Positions 18,473 to 24,000 of a stretch of 24,000 nucleotides of DNA are shown here, in pieces. A program made the translations under genes and the position numbers. Numbering within the stretch: position 1 is the stretch's first letter; every line of letters starts with the position of its first letter. The stretch is taken from positions 1-24,000 of the forward strand of contig JAHJAO010000113.1 in the NCBI GenBank assembly GCA_018813905.1, in the 5' to 3' direction. This DNA comes from Candidatus Omnitrophota bacterium. GTDB taxonomy: Bacteria; Omnitrophota; Gorgyraeia; B26-G9. The notes under the pieces were generated by a model. The model saw nothing but the letters and a program-made list of their open reading frames with translations, was not told the DNA's origin and made no database searches.

Positions 18473-18548
18473 GGGCCGCTAGCTCATCCGGTAGAGCACC
18501 GCCCTTTTAAGGCGGGGGTGCTTGGTTCGAGACCAAGGCGGCTCACCA
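18473..18548 (+). tRNA. tRNA-Lys(TTT)
   Basis: Cloverleaf by eye: GGGCCGC...GCTC..GAGC, CCGCC-CTTTTAA-GGCGG, CTTGG-TTCGAGA-CCAAG, GCGGCTC-A-CCA; CCA encoded. Starts 2 nt after the frr stop. Confidence 0.93.
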
Positions 18549-18553
18549 AATTT

Positions 18554-18633
18554 AAGTTAAAAGTTTAAAGTAAAAAGTGAAAAATGCTAAAGTAATCACT
18601 TTGAACTTTATGAACTTATATATAACTTTTAAC
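18554..18633. repeat. AT-rich degenerate heptamer array arranged as an imperfect inverted repeat
   Basis: aagttaa/aagttta/aagtaaa/aagtgaa in 7-nt register; terminal 10-mers GTTAAAAGTT (18556-18565) and AACTTTTAAC (18624-18633) are exact reverse complements. Confidence 0.55.
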
Positions 18634-18642
18634 TATTTTTCT

Positions 18643-18720
18643 GTCCCCATCGTCTAGTCTGGCCTAGGACACAAGCTTTTCAAGCTTGCGACTGGGGTTC
18701 AAATCCCCATGGGGACGCCA
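18643..18720 (+). tRNA. tRNA-Glu(TTC)
   Basis: GTCCCCA acceptor / TGGGGAC-G-CCA, anticodon arm CAAGC-TTTTCAA-GCTTG, T arm TGGGG-TTCAAAT-CCCCA-like; CCA encoded. Confidence 0.93.
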
Positions 18721-18728
18721 TCCTTCGC
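18700..18728 (+). repeat. Direct repeat copy 1: 3' 21 nt of tRNA-Glu plus 8 nt flank
   Basis: CAAATCCCCATGGGGACGCCATCCTTCGC, identical to 18928-18956. Confidence 0.95.
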
Positions 18729-18777
18729 TGTTTTGGGCAAGTTTAAGTAAGCAAGCTTCGGATGGCAAGCCAAAATA

Positions 18778-18804
18778 AGCCCCGTAACATTAGCGGGGCT
18801 TTTA
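18778..18804 (+). terminator. Rho-independent-like terminator downstream of tRNA-Glu
   Basis: AGCCCCG (18778-18784) ... CGGGGCT (18794-18800), then T-rich sequence. Confidence 0.8.
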
Positions 18805-18927
18805 CTTCTCAGGGGATTTGAAGCAAGCGAATGCCGAACGGATGTGAGGAAAAGCGAGCAGGACTGTGAGTGGAAGTGAGCGCAGGGGAGGTTACGCAGG
18901 AGCATCAGGAAGATGCGACGTAGTGAC

Positions 18928-18956
18928 CAAATCCCCATGGGGACGCCATCCTTCGC
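18928..18956 (+). repeat. Direct repeat copy 2 of the tRNA-Glu 3' end plus flank
   Basis: 29/29 identical to 18700-18728, offset 228 bp. Confidence 0.95.
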
Positions 18957-19059
18957 CCGTATTGGGTGCTTTCAGAGAAGCAGGCTATTTATCCTTCGAA
19001 GTTTACTGCCGAGAGTTTACTGGATATAAGCGCAGGAGGACAGACGGCAAACCAAAATC

Positions 19060-19086
19060 AGCCCCGCGTAATTGCCGGGGCTTTTG
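19060..19086 (+). terminator. Rho-independent-like terminator, homologous to the one at 18778
   Basis: CCAAAATCAGCCCCGCGTAATTGCCGGGGCTTTTGCTTC compared with CCAAAATAAGCCCCGTAACATTAGCGGGGCTTTTACTTC. Confidence 0.8.
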
Positions 19087-19150
19087 CTTCCTTTACTGAT
19101 ATTGGGTCTATACTGTATGGCAAGTTACGGAGGGTAAACTATTGTAAATG

Positions 19151-19174
19151 CCCCGCAGGAAACTGTGGGGTTTT
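19151..19174 (+). terminator. Third terminator-like hairpin with GAAA tetraloop
   Basis: CCCCGCAG-GAAA-CTGTGGGG-TTTT; 8-bp stem with one G-U. Confidence 0.75.
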
Positions 19175-19292
19175 ATCATTTGGGATTATGCAAGAAATTG
19201 GAAAATGTTGACATTGCAGGGAGCTGGTCATACAATAAAGCTAACTTGTGTTATAGCTTTAACTAATAATTCTTTTAAAAGGTACTATCTAT

Positions 19293-20243
19293 ATGGAAGA
19301 AGAAAGCTATGTAATGGACAAAATACCCGTCAAAGTGGTTTTGGCTTTAGGCGGTGGCGGAGTGCGAGGGCTTGCCCATATTGGAATTCTTAGGGCGTTA
19401 AGTAAAGATATCCCCATAAGTATGATTGCCGGTACAAGCATGGGAGCCGTTGTGGGCGCTCTTTACGCGCTTAATCTGGATACCGAAGAGGTCGAGAAGA
19501 AATTATTTGAAATTTTAGAGAAGAAAGAGATAAAAGAAATTGAAAGGTTGATTAGTGGGCATAATGTGGTAGAGGAGAAAAAGATAATTATTCAGAGATT
19601 GCTTACCTTTGTGAAAAAAATGTATCTTTTGAACCTGCGGGCGATAAAGAGATGGATTTTTAGCGGCAGGGAAATAAACTCGATTTTTGACGAGCTGGGC
19701 TTTGATATCGATTTTAAAAAATTAAAGATTCCTTTCTCCTGCATGAGCGTTGATTTGCGTACCGGCGATGAAGTTATTATGAATAAAGGCAACCTCAAAG
19801 AGGCGATATTAGCATCAATTTCGCTGCCGGGAGTTTTTCCTCCGGTAAAAAAGGGAAATCGACTGCTTGTGGACGGCGGGGTTATCTGCAGTGTGCCGGT
19901 AGACGCGGCAAAAGAGATGGATGCGGATTTGGTTATCGCAGTGGGTGTTGAATCTGCGATAGATTATAATAAGAAGCTCGGGAATGGTTTTGATATTATG
20001 TTCCAGGCGGATGCGATAAGGGCATACAAGATAAATGAGATGAAGTTAAAAACTGCGGATTTAATAATCCTGCCTGAGGTGGGGCATATCAGCTGGGCAA
20101 GTTTTTCCCAGGCGCCTGAGTGCATAAAAGCGGGAGAAAAAGCGGCGGAGAAGATGAAACCGCAGATTTTAGATATGATCAGAAAGAAAAGGCGGGATAA
20201 ATTTTGGAAAGGGTTTTTTTCCTTTCCTAAATATAGTGATTAA
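19293..20243 (+). CDS. Patatin-like phospholipase (RssA-type)
   Basis: LALGGGGVRGLAHIGIL, AGTSMGAVVGALYAL (GxSxG), LLVDGGVICSVPVD (DGG). The start could also be 19314. Confidence 0.9.
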   Translation: MEEESYVMDKIPVKVVLALGGGGVRGLAHIGILRALSKDIPISMIAGTSMGAVVGALYALNLDTEEVEKKLFEILEKKEIKEIERLISGHNVVEEKKIIIQRLLTFVKKMYLLNLRAIKRWIFSGREINSIFDELGFDIDFKKLKIPFSCMSVDLRTGDEVIMNKGNLKEAILASISLPGVFPPVKKGNRLLVDGGVICSVPVDAAKEMDADLVIAVGVESAIDYNKKLGNGFDIMFQADAIRAYKINEMKLKTADLIILPEVGHISWASFSQAPECIKAGEKAAEKMKPQILDMIRKKRRDKFWKGFFSFPKYSD

Positions 20244-20273
20244 TAAAAAATAAAAAAAGAGAGAGGTTGAAAA

Positions 20274-21917
20274 ATGATAAAGAAAATTATTATTTCCGTA
20301 TTGCTTGTGTTGCTGATAACAGTTGTGGCCGCATTTTTATATTTGAATAACGTTTATATTCCCAAAAACCTCAAACCCCTGGTGATTTCCACGCTGGAAA
20401 AAGCGCTGGATAAAAAAGTTACAATTGATCAGGCATCGTATTTTCCCATTCGAGGCGTTTTATTTTCTAAAATAAAGATTATCAACAAAGACGCATCTCC
20501 TTTTTTAGACATTAACAAAATAGATTTAAGTTTAAAATCCCTGCCTAAATTTAAAGGAAAAGATATTTCGGCGCAAACGAAACTTGTCGTACAGGGGATA
20601 TCTTTTATGCAGGAGAAGTTAAAGGTAGAGGGCAACGCTGCGGTTGATTTGAATGTAGAGGGTATGTCCGGCAATAAGCCTCTTTTTAAGGCAATATTAA
20701 CTATAGATAATTTCCGGGTAAGCGGAATACCCCCATTAGCGGATATTACCAAATTAAGCGGCGAGGTCATCTGTACGCATAACTCTTTATCTACCAATAA
20801 GTTGGGCGCGTTAATAAATAAAGAAAAAATAGATATTAGTTTAGAAGGTACATATAGCGAAAATGATTTAAACCTGACAAAAATTGATCTTGTTTACGCT
20901 AAAACCCATATCCAGAGCTCTGCCGAAGTGCGCAATTTTAAAGAGCCAGAGTTTAAATTAAACGCGGCTGGCTTGCTGAATTTGGAAGATATCGAAAAAA
21001 TGCTTATTGGCATAACCCTGCCCAAGCTTACAGGCGATTGTAAATTGCAGGCGCAGGCAAGCGGTAAAATTTCCGATTTAAATTCGCTTTTCGCTGATGT
21101 AAAAGTGGGTATGAGTGAGGGCAGCGTGGATAAAATAAGGTTTTCCAATGTTGACGCATCGCTGACATTGGAACAGGGCACGGCTTATTTTGAGCCGGTA
21201 AAGTGCACTTTTTATGAGGGCAAGATTTCCGGTTCCGGAAACGCGAAAGTTTTCCAGAAAGAACTTCCGGTTACGGCGGTTCTGGATGCCCAAGGGGTAA
21301 ATTTAGCGCCGCTTGTAAAAGACCTTGCCGGATTGGATATTGGTAGCGGAGATTTAAACGCGAACGCCGAAATTTCCGGGCCGGTAACGGATTTGAACGC
21401 CTTATCCGGAAACGGCGCCTTAAAGCTGACCGATGCGAAAATACAAATGCCGTCAAAACTCGGAGGTTTTGTTAAAATATTCCAATTAGACCAGCTTTCT
21501 CAAATGTTGATTTCAGAAGCATCCGCTACTTTTACTATTGCGGAAGGCAAAATTGATACTCAGGATTTTAAGATGATTGCAGACATGGCCGAATTCGCGG
21601 CAACTGGATACGCTACTTTTGGTCAATATATAGATTTTACGGTAGAGATAGATTTAGCGCCGGAGCTTAAAGACCGGGCGGGAATAGCGGGCGCGATTAT
21701 CCGCAAGGTAAGAGCACGCGGGCAATTACCGGATAAAATAAAGACGGATATCCTCATGCAGGACGCGATTAAAGAAGTTGTCAAGGAGGCTATCAAGGAA
21801 AAAGGCGCAGAAATCTTAAAGGAAGTTTTTGGACAAGAGCAGCAACAAGCCCAGCCCGAGGGCAATATTATTCAAGACCAGCTAAAGAAAGGGCTCAAGG
21901 GTTTATTTAAAAGATAG
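20274..21917 (+). CDS. AsmA-like membrane-anchored protein (AsmA/TamB/YhdP-type repeat protein)
   Basis: N-terminal TM helix, then repeated beta-rich segments (KALDKKVTIDQASYFPIRGVLFSKIKI..., LNANAEISGPVTDLNALSGNGALKLTDAKIQ...). Confidence 0.65.
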   Translation: MIKKIIISVLLVLLITVVAAFLYLNNVYIPKNLKPLVISTLEKALDKKVTIDQASYFPIRGVLFSKIKIINKDASPFLDINKIDLSLKSLPKFKGKDISAQTKLVVQGISFMQEKLKVEGNAAVDLNVEGMSGNKPLFKAILTIDNFRVSGIPPLADITKLSGEVICTHNSLSTNKLGALINKEKIDISLEGTYSENDLNLTKIDLVYAKTHIQSSAEVRNFKEPEFKLNAAGLLNLEDIEKMLIGITLPKLTGDCKLQAQASGKISDLNSLFADVKVGMSEGSVDKIRFSNVDASLTLEQGTAYFEPVKCTFYEGKISGSGNAKVFQKELPVTAVLDAQGVNLAPLVKDLAGLDIGSGDLNANAEISGPVTDLNALSGNGALKLTDAKIQMPSKLGGFVKIFQLDQLSQMLISEASATFTIAEGKIDTQDFKMIADMAEFAATGYATFGQYIDFTVEIDLAPELKDRAGIAGAIIRKVRARGQLPDKIKTDILMQDAIKEVVKEAIKEKGAEILKEVFGQEQQQAQPEGNIIQDQLKKGLKGLFKR

Positions 21918-21926
21918 ATTTTAAAA

Positions 21927-23033
21927 ATGCCTAGCCATAAATCTAAAATGCTATTTATTCATAATGCCCGTTTGATCTTAGCGGATAAGATTGTCCGTAA
22001 AGCCTGGCTTTTAATAAAAGACGGGAAAATCAACGGATATGGAACGCATAAGAAAATTTCTAAAGCAAAAGCTGAAGTTGTCAATGCCAAAGATAATTAT
22101 CTTAGCCCGGGATTTATTGACCTGCATATCCACGGTGATGTCGAAAAGATTTCCAAAACTCAAGCCAAATCCGGCACGACCGCTTTTTTGCATTGCCTGC
22201 ATGCGGACAGAATCGAAAATTACGGTAAAAAGATTGAAAAATCAAAACAGGCAAAACTTACCGGAGCGCAGCGCTTAGGTTCTTACCTTGAAGGCCCTTT
22301 TTTGAATAAGGCCATGGCCGGCGCCCAGCCAAAAAGGTTTATAATCGAGCCGAAGCGGGATAAACTTTTGAAAGTAATTCGAGCCGCGGGAAAAGACATA
22401 AAAATCATGACTTTAGCCTGCGAATTCGGAAATATCGAAAAAATTCTAAAATTACTGAGGAAAAATGAAATCGTCACTGCGTTAGGGCATACAAATGCCA
22501 GTTTTGAGCAGGCAGAAAAAGCAATAGACAGTGGAGCATATTATACTACACATATTTTTAACCGCATGGGCTCAATTTCCGCGCGGTGTCCGGGAATAAT
22601 CGTTAAGCTATTGCTTGATGAACGGATTACGGCCGAAGTAATCGCCGACGGAAAACACGTGCATCCGGCGCTCTTGAAGCTTTTGGTTAAGGTTAAGGGC
22701 CCGGATAAAATTGTCTTGGTCAGCGATTCCATTGCGGCAATGCCGCCGGGTTCGCATAAGATGAAGTTGGAAGATAAAGTTTATTGGCTGAACAATTCTA
22801 CGATTTCCGGCAGTACGCTTACGCTACTGACTGCTGTACACAACATGGTTGATTTTACCGGGATGGATATTGCCAGTGCGGTCAGAATGGCTACTTTGAA
22901 TCCGGCAAGGATAGCGGGCATCGAGAAGCGAAAAGGCAGTATCGCGCTGGGCAAAGACGCGGATATCGTTATTTTTGACAAAAATTTCAAAGCGAAGATG
23001 ACTATAATTAAAGGAAAGATCATTAATTTATAA
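21927..23033 (+). CDS. nagA: N-acetylglucosamine-6-phosphate deacetylase
   Basis: YLSPGFIDLHIHGDVEKI, YLEGPFLNKAMAGA, VTALGHTNASFEQAEKAIDSGAYYTTHIFNRM, VIADGKHVHPALLKLL, VSDSIAA. Confidence 0.9.
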   Translation: MPSHKSKMLFIHNARLILADKIVRKAWLLIKDGKINGYGTHKKISKAKAEVVNAKDNYLSPGFIDLHIHGDVEKISKTQAKSGTTAFLHCLHADRIENYGKKIEKSKQAKLTGAQRLGSYLEGPFLNKAMAGAQPKRFIIEPKRDKLLKVIRAAGKDIKIMTLACEFGNIEKILKLLRKNEIVTALGHTNASFEQAEKAIDSGAYYTTHIFNRMGSISARCPGIIVKLLLDERITAEVIADGKHVHPALLKLLVKVKGPDKIVLVSDSIAAMPPGSHKMKLEDKVYWLNNSTISGSTLTLLTAVHNMVDFTGMDIASAVRMATLNPARIAGIEKRKGSIALGKDADIVIFDKNFKAKMTIIKGKIINL

Positions 23034-23093
23034 CTCATAACTTGTAACTTGTAACTTGTAACTTGTAACTTGTAACTTGTAACTTGTAACTTG
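23031..23093. repeat. Heptamer tandem array (CTTGTAA)n between nagA and glmS
   Basis: Seven perfect CTTGTAA units at 23041-23089, then partial CTTG, preceded by related taactca; directly abuts the GAGG Shine-Dalgarno of glmS. Confidence 0.95.
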
Positions 23094-23103
23094 AGGTATA
23101 TTT

Positions 23104-24000
23104 ATGTGCGGAATAATCGGCTATATCGGTTCTGAACCGGTAACGCCAATATTGATGCAGGGTTTAAAAAGCCTCGAGTATCGCGGTTATGATTCTGCGG
23201 GAATCGCGTTGGTGGATGGAGGTAAGGTTTTTATTTGTAAGCGGCCGGGGAAATTGAGCCGGTTAGAAGAATGCTTGAAATCGAAAATAATAAAAGGCAA
23301 TGTTGGTATCGGGCATACCCGTTGGGCTACGCACGGCGAGCCCAACCAAGTCAATGCCCATCCCCATTTCGGCGATAACTACGATTTCATGATCGTGCAT
23401 AACGGGATAATCGAAAACCATCAGGTTTTAAAAACAGAATTAATTAAAGAAGGGCATAAATTCAAATCGCAAACTGATACAGAGGTAATTGCCCATTTAA
23501 TTGAAAAATATTACCGTGGTGATTTGGCCAAAACCGTTTGCAAAGTCATAAAATTACTCAAAGGTAGTTATGCCCTGGGCGTAATCAGCCGCTTGCAGCC
23601 AAACGTACTTGTCGGAGCCAGAAAAGACAGCCCGTTAATCGTGGGTGTGGGGAAAACAGGCAATTTTATCGCCTCGGACGTGCCGGCGATTCTATCCTAT
23701 ACCCGGGAAGCAATCTATCTGGATAATAATGAGGTGGTCGAATTAACCGAAAAAAAGATCACTATATATGATATCAGTGGTAGGCCGGTGCATAAAAAGA
23801 AAGTTTTGATAAAATGGGATGTTAAAAGCGCCAAAAAAGGCGGGTTTACCCATTTTATGATGAAAGAAATTCATGAACAGCCACAGGTGCTGCGCAATAT
23901 TTTAAAGGGCCGGATTAGAAATAAGCGGGTTGTATTTGAGCAATTGAAATTTCCGGAAAAACAGATAAAAAAGATAGATAATATCCAGATCGTTGCCTGT
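23104..24000 (+). CDS. glmS: Glutamine--fructose-6-phosphate aminotransferase, 3' end outside window
   Basis: MCGIIGYIGSEPVTPILMQGLKSLEYRGYDSAGIALV...GIGHTRWATHGEPNQVNAHPH...HNGIIENHQVLK...; open to the window edge, so absent from the supplied ORF track. Confidence 0.96.
   Translation, partial: MCGIIGYIGSEPVTPILMQGLKSLEYRGYDSAGIALVDGGKVFICKRPGKLSRLEECLKSKIIKGNVGIGHTRWATHGEPNQVNAHPHFGDNYDFMIVHNGIIENHQVLKTELIKEGHKFKSQTDTEVIAHLIEKYYRGDLAKTVCKVIKLLKGSYALGVISRLQPNVLVGARKDSPLIVGVGKTGNFIASDVPAILSYTREAIYLDNNEVVELTEKKITIYDISGRPVHKKKVLIKWDVKSAKKGGFTHFMMKEIHEQPQVLRNILKGRIRNKRVVFEQLKFPEKQIKKIDNIQIVAC

Noticed and set aside
18721-18927. Full integrative element or prophage at the tRNA-Glu att-like site
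   Set aside because: The 228-bp repeat period cannot contain an integrase, and no recombinase is seen in neighbouring ORFs. Only a scar, mini-element or duplication remains possible.
18699-18938. Reverse-strand ORF 18699..18938
   Set aside because: Its ends coincide with the two copies of the tRNA-Glu 3' end; it is a product of the duplication, not a convincing gene.
18866-19393. ORFs 18866..19099, 18966..19211 and 19148..19393 as possible small proteins
   Set aside because: They run through the tRNA-derived direct repeat and terminator hairpins (MSGSERRGG...SPWGRHPSPVL reads the tRNA 3' end), and overlap each other and the patatin gene start. Non-coding explanation preferred.
585-23038. 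Numerous 60-170 aa reverse-strand ORFs in the track (e.g. 12230..12742, 16000..16503, 20429..20797)
   Set aside because: They lie antisense to well-supported + strand genes and their translations resemble none I recognise. Shadow ORFs are the simplest explanation.
23034-23103. glmS ribozyme/riboswitch upstream of glmS
   Set aside because: Only 70 bp separate nagA and glmS and they are almost entirely a heptamer repeat, with no room for the ribozyme fold.
1-24000. CRISPR array
   Set aside because: No regularly spaced direct repeats with unique spacers. The only tandem array is a contiguous 7-mer without spacers, and no cas genes are seen.

Overview
The window is a dense, almost entirely + strand bacterial chromosomal segment. 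Gene style suggests a deep-branching candidate phylum, possibly Omnitrophota-like, but that is inference only. Gene order: (1) the 3' part of a very large ORF open from base 1, with two tandem nucleotidyltransferase-like (GSFxxG...DxD) modules; (2) a GH116/GBA2-like glucosidase; (3) smpB and the tmRNA gene ssrA; (4) a long close-packed run: AmiC-like amidase lipoprotein, murI, queD, queC, queE, queF, two-subunit class I fumarase, rph, rdgB, MsbA-like ABC exporter; (5) rpsB-tsf-pyrH-frr followed by tRNA-Lys(TTT) and tRNA-Glu(TTC); (6) patatin-like phospholipase, AsmA-like protein, nagA, and a 3'-truncated glmS missing from the ORF track. I see no CRISPR array, transposase or recognisable defence system. 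The most interesting material is non-coding. A 29-bp perfect direct repeat covers the 3' end of tRNA-Glu at a 228-bp period and is followed by homologous terminator modules, an rtT-like or att-scar-like structure. The DNA between the copies is rich in GGA motifs. Intergenic arrays of a degenerate TAACTTx heptamer occur at three places. The tmRNA tag frame looks broken relative to a canonical ALAA ending. The smpB promoter implies a leaderless mRNA. A cluster of hairpins ending in a G9 run follows the large ORF.
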